A stretch of 62,628 nucleotides of DNA from an uncultured Candidatus Saccharibacteria bacterium (GTDB lineage Bacteria > Patescibacteriota > Saccharimonadia > Saccharimonadales > AWTP1-31): assembly GCA_964641545.1 (NCBI GenBank), contig CAZXLT010000004.1, forward strand, positions 1 to 62,628. Reading direction: 5' to 3'. Shown one piece after another: positions 27,749 through 36,982 of the stretch (position 1 is the first letter of the stretch; the number at the start of each line of letters is the position of its first letter). A model generated the notes under the pieces. The model was given only the letters and a program-made list of their open reading frames with translations. It had not been told where the DNA came from and did no database searches. The translations under genes and the position numbers were made by a program.

Positions 27749-28433
27749 GCAAGACTTTATAATAGATGCAGCCTTCAAGGAGGGCATTTGGCGAGTTGGT
27801 ATTGATCCACCGATTACGTTTGCTAGCGGAAAAGAAGCAAACAATAAAGTTGACTGGGAGGGGTTATTTAGCTTTCCAGAAGATCCGTCTAATCTGAATG
27901 CCGGCATTAACTTCGAGTTGTCGGCCGCCGGTAGTTTAGTCGCAGGAGTGCTGCTGGAAGTTGTTGACCAGTATGCACCCGATGCTGTTGGCGGTGTACC
28001 TACTGGCGGGCAACGCTATGGACGATGGGTTGCCCGGGAACTCGGTATCCCGTTTATAAGAACCGAGAAGGACACAAACGAACCGGGAATCAAGACGTAC
28101 AGATTTGCCGACGAAACTGAGCGCGCTAAGGCCATGGATAGCCGCCGATTAGCCGTAATCGAGGATGCCACAACTGAATTCACATCATTGGTGGGATACT
28201 TGGCGTTGATTCTTGAAACGCCTGGGGAGCGGGAAGTCGGGATTCGTGCGATACAGCGGCGTGATGATGGAGCCAATGAACTTGAATTGCCAGAAGCGGT
28301 GGATATTGAATGGCTCATTGAGCTTGCCATGCCCAACATGATGACGGCAGAGCACCCGGCCTTTCGCCGCTGGGGCCATCTCGCAGTTGGTACATTTAAA
28401 CCTGAGGTTGCAGCGCTGCGCGCAGAATCGTAA
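27735..28433 (+). CDS. Divergent type I phosphoribosyltransferase-like protein (PyrE-like fold)
   Basis: VGGVPTGG...VARELGIPF and a PRPP-loop-like LAVIEDATT. Confidence 0.55.
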   Translation: MALAEQDFIIDAAFKEGIWRVGIDPPITFASGKEANNKVDWEGLFSFPEDPSNLNAGINFELSAAGSLVAGVLLEVVDQYAPDAVGGVPTGGQRYGRWVARELGIPFIRTEKDTNEPGIKTYRFADETERAKAMDSRRLAVIEDATTEFTSLVGYLALILETPGEREVGIRAIQRRDDGANELELPEAVDIEWLIELAMPNMMTAEHPAFRRWGHLAVGTFKPEVAALRAES

Positions 28434-29685
28434 ATAATTCAGGCGGCATTTGGTGTTTGGATAAGTCGTGGTAGCTGTACCCTTCTGGAATTTCAAAAGA
28501 ATACTTAACATGTTTAGTTTTATCTTGCACAAGCTTCATTGCTGCGCGCGACTCTTTAATTCCGCCGACACAGTCGAGTGGCTTGTCCCCTTCTATGCCG
28601 AGCAAGTTTTTGTATGCTATTTCTAAAGCTGGTTCTTCAAGCAGGTTCTTACCCCAAATGGGATCGAGTTTTGTGCGGTCGACAAAAGGGGAAAGAACTA
28701 AATAGGTAAACGCACATTTTGCGCACTCACCACACCAAGACATGTGATCGCTCGATAAAACGAAGGCGCGGTTACATGAACTGAAGACGTCTTGATACTT
28801 ATCAAACGCAACGCGTGCAAAAGTCTCGGCTATAGCTACCTCGCTTAAAGGGCGGAGGAATGAGTAGTAACGTTGTGTGTCTTTGAAATGTGCACCAAGC
28901 AAGTCTTGGTAGGCAACCTCGTAGTCGGACGATTTCGAGTACTGGTGGTTAATAGGATGTCCCTGGTATGAAAGTGTTGGTTCATCGGCCGAGCTCTCAT
29001 TACTTACTACTACATCTCGATAGCCTGTTAGTATTGCAACAATCGTGCCCACGCAGCCAATAATTGCCGAAATCGGGATGTGCCCATTCAGAGCATCAAT
29101 CTTATTTAAATCGAGTAATTCTTTATCTAGTGCTCGCTTAACGTAAAAATGAGGTAAGCCAATTCGTCCAACTAACGGTTCTAGCTGTTCGCGGTGGTTC
29201 AGGCTCCATGTTGCAACCTTAGGCTGGTCGCGCAGAAGTTCAACAGATACTAACGAATCCTTTCCACCACCGAGCCCTATTAACAGCCCTTGTGCGTCTG
29301 AGCAAGGCGTTGGCTTAATCTGGTCTACATTGTTCGGAAATTCTACTGGTGTACCAGGGTCTAGCTGGTTTACATAGAAAAACTCACCCAGACCCTTTTG
29401 CCATGTATTGCTAAAAAAATCAGCCGAAGATTGGTCGAGCTGCCCAGCTTGAATCACAATTTCGTCCGCCAAGTACGCCTTGTAGTAGGAAACCCCTGCC
29501 ATGAAAAATAAGTTTTGCAACGCGCGGTCTAGTGCTTTTTTATTGAGGTCGCCAACGACTTCAAAATCGAAGTGATACTTTTCGGTAAATTCTAGTATTT
29601 CGTCAAAGCCGTACACCAGGCTTAGTTCGTTGGTGTCTTCGTCGAAAGTATAGGATTTGAACACAAACGTTTTGTATCTACTCAT
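28396..29685 (-). CDS. murL: UDP-MurNAc-L-Ala-L-Glu epimerase (MurL family)
   Basis: LGGGKDSLVS, NGHIPIS, VSNESSA, NHQYSKS, FSSCN, WCGECAKC, KPLDCVG; coupled to murD. Confidence 0.85.
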   Translation of the reverse strand: MSRYKTFVFKSYTFDEDTNELSLVYGFDEILEFTEKYHFDFEVVGDLNKKALDRALQNLFFMAGVSYYKAYLADEIVIQAGQLDQSSADFFSNTWQKGLGEFFYVNQLDPGTPVEFPNNVDQIKPTPCSDAQGLLIGLGGGKDSLVSVELLRDQPKVATWSLNHREQLEPLVGRIGLPHFYVKRALDKELLDLNKIDALNGHIPISAIIGCVGTIVAILTGYRDVVVSNESSADEPTLSYQGHPINHQYSKSSDYEVAYQDLLGAHFKDTQRYYSFLRPLSEVAIAETFARVAFDKYQDVFSSCNRAFVLSSDHMSWCGECAKCAFTYLVLSPFVDRTKLDPIWGKNLLEEPALEIAYKNLLGIEGDKPLDCVGGIKESRAAMKLVQDKTKHVKYSFEIPEGYSYHDLSKHQMPPELFTILRAALQPQV

Positions 29686-31013
29686 AGTTCGTTTACCGCA
29701 TTTTTAAATCTATTACCACGATCCTCAAAATCTTTAAACATATCAAAACTAGCAAATCCTGGCGACAACAGCACCGCATCGCCCGGTTTTGCTACTCGAT
29801 GAGCGCTCTGCACAATTTGCTCCATATCCTTAGAAGCAAGAATTTCATAGTTTTTAAAATTGCTTTGCTCCAGGCTTTTAGCAAGCTTTTCTGCCACCTG
29901 CCCAATCAGAAAGACTTTGCGCAGTTCACTCCGCTTATCGGCAATTGCTTCACCGAGTTCCTCGATTGGTAGCCCGCGGTCGTACCCCCCTGCGATAAGA
30001 ACCTTGTGCCCCGAAATTGCGTTAAGCGCCGCAATACATGCACCAATCGCTGCAGCAAACGAATCGTTATAGTAGGTTACACCGTTAATTTCTCGCACAT
30101 TTTCAAGGCGATGCGGAAGGTTCTTGAAATTGCGCAACACTTTTTTTATAACTTCTACATCACCGTCAATCAGTTTCCAGGTAGCTGCAATAGCTGCGCA
30201 CACATTTTCCAGGTTGTGGCGACCAAGTAGGGCAACATCGTGTACGTTGCAGACGATTTCGTCGTCATAGTATATCTGCTCATTCAGTATGTACGCACCA
30301 GTTTTTTCTTCTGGAAGCTGGTGTTCTGCAGGTACTTCATACGAAATTTTTAAGGCAGGAGATACGCTTACTACCTCACCCGAAAGATCGTTCTTTCTAT
30401 TATAGATGGCCAGATCTTCGTCGTTTTGGTATTTAAAAATATTTTGTTTGGCCTGTAAGTATTCGGCCAAGCTGTCGTGCCAATCCAGGTGTTCAGGTGT
30501 GACGAGTAAGCAAACGGCCACCGGCGGAGACACGTGCAGGTCGATCAACTGAAAATTCGCGAGTTCCAACACCACGTAATCCTGCTCTGTTAAGTTTTCT
30601 TTCAGCAGCTCTAAGGGGGAAATACCGATGTTGCCTCCCAAAAACGTTCGCTTACCCGCTGCTTTTAACAGCTCAGTAATAAGCATCGAAGTTGTTCCCT
30701 TACCTTTGCTACCTGTCACGCCGATGATCGGGCAGGGGCAATTGCGAAAAAACTCTTCCGTTACAGTTGTTACTTTTCTCAGAATTCGCTCGCCATTGGC
30801 TTTTACGATGTGTTTAGGATGCAGACCAGATGTACGAACGATTAAGTTAAATCGGTCTAAATTATCCAGGTACTGCTCGCCAAGCTGAGAATCTACGCCG
30901 GAAGGAATTTCTACATTCGGATCTCGGTCGCAAATAGTAATTTCGTTGCCCGGACCCCAATAATCAAAGGCAGAGCGTCCCTGCCTCTCGTATCCTACTA
31001 TTGCTATTCGCAT
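29682..31013 (-). CDS. murD: UDP-MurNAc-L-Ala glutamate ligase (MurD; probably the L-Glu-adding MurD2 type)
   Basis: GVTGSKGKGTT, GGNIG, VLELANFQL, HLDWH, HNLEN, HRLE, NDS, LSPGFASFDMFKDFEDRG. Confidence 0.93.
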   Translation of the reverse strand: MRIAIVGYERQGRSAFDYWGPGNEITICDRDPNVEIPSGVDSQLGEQYLDNLDRFNLIVRTSGLHPKHIVKANGERILRKVTTVTEEFFRNCPCPIIGVTGSKGKGTTSMLITELLKAAGKRTFLGGNIGISPLELLKENLTEQDYVVLELANFQLIDLHVSPPVAVCLLVTPEHLDWHDSLAEYLQAKQNIFKYQNDEDLAIYNRKNDLSGEVVSVSPALKISYEVPAEHQLPEEKTGAYILNEQIYYDDEIVCNVHDVALLGRHNLENVCAAIAATWKLIDGDVEVIKKVLRNFKNLPHRLENVREINGVTYYNDSFAAAIGACIAALNAISGHKVLIAGGYDRGLPIEELGEAIADKRSELRKVFLIGQVAEKLAKSLEQSNFKNYEILASKDMEQIVQSAHRVAKPGDAVLLSPGFASFDMFKDFEDRGNRFKNAVNEL

Positions 31014-31037
31014 GTAACTATTATGACCGATGTTTAT

Positions 31038-31406
31038 CTATTTGGCGAGTTGCTTCTTCACTAAATCTGCTACTTGCCGTGGGGTCATATCTGCTTTCAA
31101 AATAACTGCCGAAACACCAAGATCTTTGACCTCTTTTGGAATTTCCTGTTCACCCATGTTCGTCAGAATTATGACCTTCATATTCTTGCCCCAGCTACTG
31201 GCGCGGAGTTTGGCAAGCATTTCGCCACCAGTCATTTCGGGCATCATAAGGTCGAGCAGCACAATGTCCGGTTTCATTTTCTCGGCCAAATCAAGCCCAA
31301 GTTTACCGTTTTCTGCAGTGTCAACATCGTAACCGTCTGCCTCGAACTTGATGCGGTACATCTGACTGATCGCTTGATCATCCTCAACTATTGCTACTTT
31401 TGCCAT
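31038..31406 (-). CDS. Stand-alone response regulator (receiver domain only)
   Basis: IVEDD, LLDLMMPEMTG (phospho-Asp), LTN, K; no output domain. Confidence 0.92.
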   Translation of the reverse strand: MAKVAIVEDDQAISQMYRIKFEADGYDVDTAENGKLGLDLAEKMKPDIVLLDLMMPEMTGGEMLAKLRASSWGKNMKVIILTNMGEQEIPKEVKDLGVSAVILKADMTPRQVADLVKKQLAK

Positions 31407-31497
31407 ATGTTAATGGTACGAAAAGTTGTGTGTTACCACAAGTGCCCGGATGAAAGACCCCTCGTCTATATAAGAAACTGCGTTACGCTACAGGCGC

Positions 31498-33030
31498 TTA
31501 ACGCCGTGATTCTTGGTCTGGTTTGATTAACACATAACACACAGGAAACTTTGAAGTTCCCTTAGACACGTCTTTTGTCAGCTGTGTGACTTCAGTGCCA
31601 CTGGCCTCGATCTCTTTCACCCAGGCAACAGGAACAAGCAGGATAGCACCCTCTCGTGCCACTCTTGCGAATTCTGGAAGGCAGCCGAATAGTGTGCCGA
31701 TGCCTCCTTCATTGAGGTTTTTGCCGTATGGTGGGTCGCCAAAAATATAATCAACACTCTGTGACTTGAAGGGTAGCTCCTGCCCCCTCGCGGTGACATG
31801 ACCTGCTACTCTGGTAAAATCCGGTTTATACCAAGAAGGTAGGTCGTCGAACAGTAATTGTGAGGCTTGCCGGTTTTGCTCGGCAGCGTACCAGTTGTGT
31901 TTCCCATTTAAATCAACTCCTCCGCTATATGATTGATCGGCGTAGATTGCAGTCCTAGGAACCCCACGGGCAACAAGCAAGTTTAAGAGCGTGCCTGAGC
32001 CCGCAAAGGGATCAAGTATATCTTTATCTTTTAGCAATACACTGAGTGTAGGCCATCCTTCGGCAATTTTATAGAACTCCGGGCTCCAGGAGTGCGTCTC
32101 CTCGTCCAGCATAAGTTCTGCCTCGTCAGGAGATTCAGAGTCTGAACTTAGGAAGAATCGTGGGATTCGCCGCATCATCAAGCCGTACCAACAATCAATG
32201 ATGGCTTTTTTCAGGTCCTGGCGAATCAAAGTAAGGCCTTCGTTGTTTACGGTTATGCCCAATCGTTCTATACCGTATTCGATTGCTTCAATCTGGTGTT
32301 CATAGTGTAACAAGTCCCGAGAATGGATTTTTTCACGTAAATCAACGCCAAGTGTCAACAGTCTTTTAAGGGTTGCCCGCAGCGCATTAATTTCCCAATC
32401 CGGTGCTTCATGCAGATGGCTTTCATCATCAAAAAGATAAGCGATGATTTCCTCTGTCGTGAACTGGCTCGTGTCGAATGTGAACGATTCATGGTTTGGT
32501 CTTTCAGGGGGTGTCTCGCTATCAATGATTGTTCTTAACCCTTGGTCATGTTGTGCGCGACGCTCGAGTTTCTGAATATAATCAATAAAGTCTGGGTCGG
32601 GCGAGTCGCCAAAAACCTGAGCTATATCTTTGTGCTCGCGTTGCAGAACGCGTTTTGCACTAAATAGTGGCGGAGTCTGTAAGTCGATTGAGACTACTGG
32701 ACGCTCAGGGGATATATGTTGAGGTCCAGCCGTAGTCGCAAGTTTTCCATCTACAATGCATCTTCCCGCTGCAGGCAATGCCTCGCCATAAATTTTTGCA
32801 TCGAAGTGATGAGGGTCATTAATTTCGCTCAGTCTCTCTTGGAGCCCGGCTTCATTGGTTACATCCAGCAATCCACGCAACATTTTGCCTACTGCTAATG
32901 AGTAAACTTCAGTGCCATGTAACTCTTGAATGCGACCTGCAATTGATTCGGCAAGCGTAGTAGAGCCGCAGCCAGGTCGCTCTGCAGATATTAGTACCAC
33001 AACATTTGGGTCGTGAAGAAATGAAGACAT
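31498..33030 (-). CDS. Fusion of an archaeal-type cytidylate-kinase-like domain and a SAM-dependent amino-methyltransferase domain
   Basis: N-terminal ISAERPGCGSTT, IVDGKLA, KRVLQRE, FDTSQFTTEE; C-terminal motif I DPFAGSGT and motif IV DPPYG. Confidence 0.7.
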   Translation of the reverse strand: MSSFLHDPNVVVLISAERPGCGSTTLAESIAGRIQELHGTEVYSLAVGKMLRGLLDVTNEAGLQERLSEINDPHHFDAKIYGEALPAAGRCIVDGKLATTAGPQHISPERPVVSIDLQTPPLFSAKRVLQREHKDIAQVFGDSPDPDFIDYIQKLERRAQHDQGLRTIIDSETPPERPNHESFTFDTSQFTTEEIIAYLFDDESHLHEAPDWEINALRATLKRLLTLGVDLREKIHSRDLLHYEHQIEAIEYGIERLGITVNNEGLTLIRQDLKKAIIDCWYGLMMRRIPRFFLSSDSESPDEAELMLDEETHSWSPEFYKIAEGWPTLSVLLKDKDILDPFAGSGTLLNLLVARGVPRTAIYADQSYSGGVDLNGKHNWYAAEQNRQASQLLFDDLPSWYKPDFTRVAGHVTARGQELPFKSQSVDYIFGDPPYGKNLNEGGIGTLFGCLPEFARVAREGAILLVPVAWVKEIEASGTEVTQLTKDVSKGTSKFPVCYVLIKPDQESRR

Positions 33031-33112
33031 AGTATAGTATTCTATAGCATTTATTTAATAACACGTCAATAAAGTTTGATAATTACTTGTTTTCTGGTAT
33101 AGTACCGCTGTT

Positions 33113-34312
33113 ATGGTGAATAAAGATGTATGCCCTGTTGGGAATGGTGGTGAAGCTGGACTTGCTGTTGCTGCGGACTCCGTGTTAGCGGCCGAACGAG
33201 CTCAGCTTTTTAATTGGTATATTAACGGTGGTTTTCGAGGTTGTCTGTTTAACAAGTTGGCGGCACGGGATGCTAAGCGAGATGATTTTCCTTGGGATGT
33301 TGAGGTATTTAGCGGTGATTTTGACTCCTTGACTACCGGTGATTCGGGAGCATCCTTGATAGAAAGCTTTCGAAGGGTAATTGATGACGAACAGAGTGAT
33401 GCAGCACTTGCCTCATTTGTTTTCCCGGATATTACCGATCCAGTCGACTACGGCCGTCTTTTGAGGTTTTTAACGAGAGAAGCTCCGGACGTTTTTAAGC
33501 TATTCCCTATCGAGGATTGTGAAGTGTTAGAAGTGGATGATGACATCCAAGAGTTTGTGGGAATTCAGTTTAGGATCCGTCTAGGCGCTACGCCTGATGG
33601 AGAGGATATATTCTCATATCCCATGATCTATAGCCCGGATGGCTTCACGACATTCGCGCGACGGTACGACAAGTTTAAAATCACTTTCAATCCTCGAACA
33701 CGTAAGGAGAATCCCGAGACGCCAGACACATACATCGGCGTTGATGATATTAACTTAGGTTTACCTGATTCGCTCTTCGACAGATTGCTCGAGAGAAGTC
33801 TCGAAGTTAACAGAGATGCACATTCGTTCAGTGGCAAACTTCAAGATGGTGAGCAAGGATATAGCAGAGGACTTTTTCGCGCCCATAATGCGTTAGTGTT
33901 GCCGCTGGACGCATGGGAGGCGAGCGATGATGTTTTAGACGACCAAGAAGCGGGTCGAAAGTCTGATCGAGAGTTACCAGCGACGGAATTGGGAGGTCTT
34001 GTCGTCAAGGCGAGTGCGGACACCACGGAAGACGATACCGGCGGTAGCCAGGCTGAATTGGTTCGTGAAGATTCACAATCAACTGCTGCACAACCCGAAA
34101 AAGGTTCTAGAAAGCAAAGGGGAGACGGGGGGTCGGCTGCAAAAAAACCCGCAACAGGCGCGACAGAAGATGGCTATGTACATCAAAAAGGCAAACGCGG
34201 GCATCCTATGACTCAAGTTAAACGCAATCTTGCGCAGCAAGGAAAGCTTAACGCAAAAAAACCCATGTCGCCGGAACAGCGCAAAGCACGAAGAAAGAAG
34301 AGGAAGCGTTAG
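33113..34312 (+). CDS. Hypothetical protein with acidic linker and basic C-terminal tail
   Basis: 399-aa ORF; TGgTATAGT just upstream; tail KARRKKRKR. Confidence 0.7.
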   Translation: MVNKDVCPVGNGGEAGLAVAADSVLAAERAQLFNWYINGGFRGCLFNKLAARDAKRDDFPWDVEVFSGDFDSLTTGDSGASLIESFRRVIDDEQSDAALASFVFPDITDPVDYGRLLRFLTREAPDVFKLFPIEDCEVLEVDDDIQEFVGIQFRIRLGATPDGEDIFSYPMIYSPDGFTTFARRYDKFKITFNPRTRKENPETPDTYIGVDDINLGLPDSLFDRLLERSLEVNRDAHSFSGKLQDGEQGYSRGLFRAHNALVLPLDAWEASDDVLDDQEAGRKSDRELPATELGGLVVKASADTTEDDTGGSQAELVREDSQSTAAQPEKGSRKQRGDGGSAAKKPATGATEDGYVHQKGKRGHPMTQVKRNLAQQGKLNAKKPMSPEQRKARRKKRKR

Positions 34313-34313
34313 C

Positions 34314-34907
34314 ATGGCAGGTAATTTAGAAGAAATGGCATCCTTTCGAGGGACAAATTTTTTACTTTTACCACATGAATTGGCGCTCGTTCATCGTGAC
34401 TATGAAGCTTTGGCTAGGGTGCAGCAACAGCACGGCGAGCTTTTGGGTGAGGCGATGGGTCAATCTTCCGAGACCTATCATGACAATGCACCTGCCGAAG
34501 CAGTTATTGATGCGCAAACTGTGTTGATGAGGCGAGTACAACCACTGCAGAGAATTTTTCGAAACCACACTGTTGTTGACTATCCTGAAGAAGACAGTGC
34601 TCTCGCAGCGCTAGGTAGCACAGTAGAGGTTTCGATTAATTCAGGAGAAGCTTTTGGTGTCCAGATTGTTGGGTATCTTGATAAGTCATTTGATGACGAT
34701 GACATTGAGCAAGCTAACTACGACTCTGCGCTTGGTGTTGCACTGCTCGGCGAAATGGCTGGGGACGTTATCGAAGCAGATATCCATGGCAGCAAACACC
34801 AGCTCGAGATTATTCGGGTTGATCAGCGTCGGGTCGTTCAGCACTACGCACCTTTATTAATCGATAAAGCATTACGGCACCTTGCAGGTCACAAAGTATC
34901 GTGGTAA
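34314..34907 (+). CDS. Divergent GreA/GreB-family protein
   Basis: Coiled coil with tip QSSETYHDNAPAE; C-terminal LGSTVEVS...YDSALGVALLG...GDVIE. Confidence 0.7.
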   Translation: MAGNLEEMASFRGTNFLLLPHELALVHRDYEALARVQQQHGELLGEAMGQSSETYHDNAPAEAVIDAQTVLMRRVQPLQRIFRNHTVVDYPEEDSALAALGSTVEVSINSGEAFGVQIVGYLDKSFDDDDIEQANYDSALGVALLGEMAGDVIEADIHGSKHQLEIIRVDQRRVVQHYAPLLIDKALRHLAGHKVSW

Positions 34908-34920
34908 TTAATAGTACGGA

Positions 34921-35331
34921 ATGAAAATTGTAGGTTGTTTTTTAGAGTACGATGGCAAATTTGTTATCTTATTGAGACATAGCCATAAGCCCCGAGGCGG
35001 TACCTGGGGGCTGCCAGCTGGCAAGGTTGAACCTGGTGAGGATGAAAAAACAGCTTTGTTGCGAGAATTGTATGAAGAAACAGGCTATCGGGGCAGTGAG
35101 CGAGAGCTTGAGCACCTTGGCGATTTTACATTTGGCACAGGAAAGCACGCCTACCAATTCTTGTGTTACAGAATCAAACTCTCGCATTCGTTTGATATTG
35201 TCCTGGAAGAATCTGCACACGCTGATTTTCTGTGGGTTTCTGGGCAAGAATGTTATGCAAGGAACGACCTTATTGAAGATCTGCACAGTTTGTTAGAGAA
35301 GCTCGACCTAAATAAGCCATCAAACAAATAG
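34921..35331 (+). CDS. NUDIX hydrolase
   Basis: Nudix box WGLPAGKVEPGEDEKTALLRELYEETG. Confidence 0.93.
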   Translation: MKIVGCFLEYDGKFVILLRHSHKPRGGTWGLPAGKVEPGEDEKTALLRELYEETGYRGSERELEHLGDFTFGTGKHAYQFLCYRIKLSHSFDIVLEESAHADFLWVSGQECYARNDLIEDLHSLLEKLDLNKPSNK

Positions 35332-35391
35332 TTGTTGCTGATTTTCTGTGGGCTACTAATCAAAGTCTATAGATGGGCTCTTAGGGGATAG

Positions 35392-35937
35392 CTATACTTT
35401 CCGGGTCTTACGAGCTAAGCGTTTCAAAATATTGCTGTTATTGGACTTTTCTTTCTTGCGACCTTCCCACTCCATAGATTCAAAAACTGCCGTAACGAGT
35501 GCACAAACAGGTTCGTCTACGCATTTAATACCCTGAACTGCCATGTTTATTGGACCAAATTTCATTTTTCGGTTTTCTTGCAATCCACGCAAACTATTTT
35601 CAATATCGGCACGCACTTCGGCCTCACTGTGCCCTTCGTGCTCTACAAGCAGCCCTTTGTTCGTCTTGGGGTCTTGGATCCATCCAATGCCAGCCCAAGC
35701 TTCTTGGTTGCGTTGCATAGTACGCATTTGCGCCATAACAACGTACAGGCGGTCGCCCCAATCACCTACAACGGGTAGGGTCATGTCTTTTTCTTGAACA
35801 ACATCACTGTTTGGCGGCAAAACTGAGCTAAGGTAAATCAAGTTAAAATTTGCCACACCTGCGTTTACTAACGCCTGGTCAAACGCGGATAATTCCGTTG
35901 GACCAACGCCGGTCCCTTTACGAACGCTTATTTTCAT
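35392..35937 (-). CDS. pdaD: Pyruvoyl-dependent arginine decarboxylase
   Basis: AFDQALVNAGVANFNLIYLSSVLP (Ser-Ser self-cleavage site), AGIGW, LLVEH. Confidence 0.88.
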   Translation of the reverse strand: MKISVRKGTGVGPTELSAFDQALVNAGVANFNLIYLSSVLPPNSDVVQEKDMTLPVVGDWGDRLYVVMAQMRTMQRNQEAWAGIGWIQDPKTNKGLLVEHEGHSEAEVRADIENSLRGLQENRKMKFGPINMAVQGIKCVDEPVCALVTAVFESMEWEGRKKEKSNNSNILKRLARKTRKV

Positions 35938-36014
35938 TTTGATCTTTATTTTATCACTTTCAAGAACAATTTAGCACATTCCAGCATAATTTTGCAATTT
36001 CTGCACACGAGCAT

Positions 36015-36935
36015 ATGATACATACCAGTATGTCCTGGTTTTATCTTGCGCTTCTGGCTCCACTCATATTCGCGATTGTTAATCTTATCGACGATAACTT
36101 ACTCAAATCAATGTACAAGGGGCCTTACGTCGCAACAATGATATCTGGTCTGTTTGGAGCGCTTCCGTTGCTTAGTTTGCTTTTTATCAACTGGCAGCCA
36201 ATAGGTCCTGGCAATACCCTTCGAATGGTAGTTGCGGGTTTTCTGACGACTTTATATTACTTTTTCTATTTCAAAGCACTGGGTGTTGAATCGCCGTCTG
36301 TTGTTATCGCTTTATTGGCACTTATCCCGGCTACACTACCCATGCTCTCTGCGGTTTTTTTAAACGAGCGATTAAGCGCACAGCAAGTAGCGGGTTTAAT
36401 AATTCTTCTTACCGCCTCTTTTCTCATGTCGGCATCCTTTGATGAGTTCAAAAAGCCCAAGTTTTCAAAAGCGCTTCCCGCGATTCTCACCATAGTAGCC
36501 CTTGTAAATGTTATTTCTCTGCTCACTAAACAGGTGTATAACCAAGTGGATTTCTTCCCTGCATATATGATGTTTACCGCTGGGGTAGGCTTAGGTGGAG
36601 TGTACTTCATGCTTATTATTGGTTTGACTAAACATCAACACGATCTATCCGTGTTTCAGCGACGTCTTCGTCACATAGTGCCAGTTTTTATAGCCGTAGA
36701 ACTGATTGGAATTTTGGCTGAGTATGTGTCAAATCTGGCTGTTAGTAGAGGACCTGTTTCGCTTGTTCGTGTAATCGAAGGCGTTCAACCAATGTATGTT
36801 CTCCTTATTGCTTTAGCTCTTGCACCGTTTTGGCCAAGACATTTTCGTGAAGCATTCGAAGGGCGTATTACATTTAAATTTTTCCTTATCCTCGTAACGA
36901 TCGGTGGGCTAGCACTTGTCCAGTCGGCTGGTTAG
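36015..36935 (+). CDS. EamA/DMT family transporter
   Basis: Ten TM helices in two repeats; FLNERLS, GPVSLV. Confidence 0.85.
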   Translation: MIHTSMSWFYLALLAPLIFAIVNLIDDNLLKSMYKGPYVATMISGLFGALPLLSLLFINWQPIGPGNTLRMVVAGFLTTLYYFFYFKALGVESPSVVIALLALIPATLPMLSAVFLNERLSAQQVAGLIILLTASFLMSASFDEFKKPKFSKALPAILTIVALVNVISLLTKQVYNQVDFFPAYMMFTAGVGLGGVYFMLIIGLTKHQHDLSVFQRRLRHIVPVFIAVELIGILAEYVSNLAVSRGPVSLVRVIEGVQPMYVLLIALALAPFWPRHFREAFEGRITFKFFLILVTIGGLALVQSAG

Positions 36936-36982
36936 TCTTATACACATGGCATGTATACTAATTGTGTTAATCTGGAATAAAA

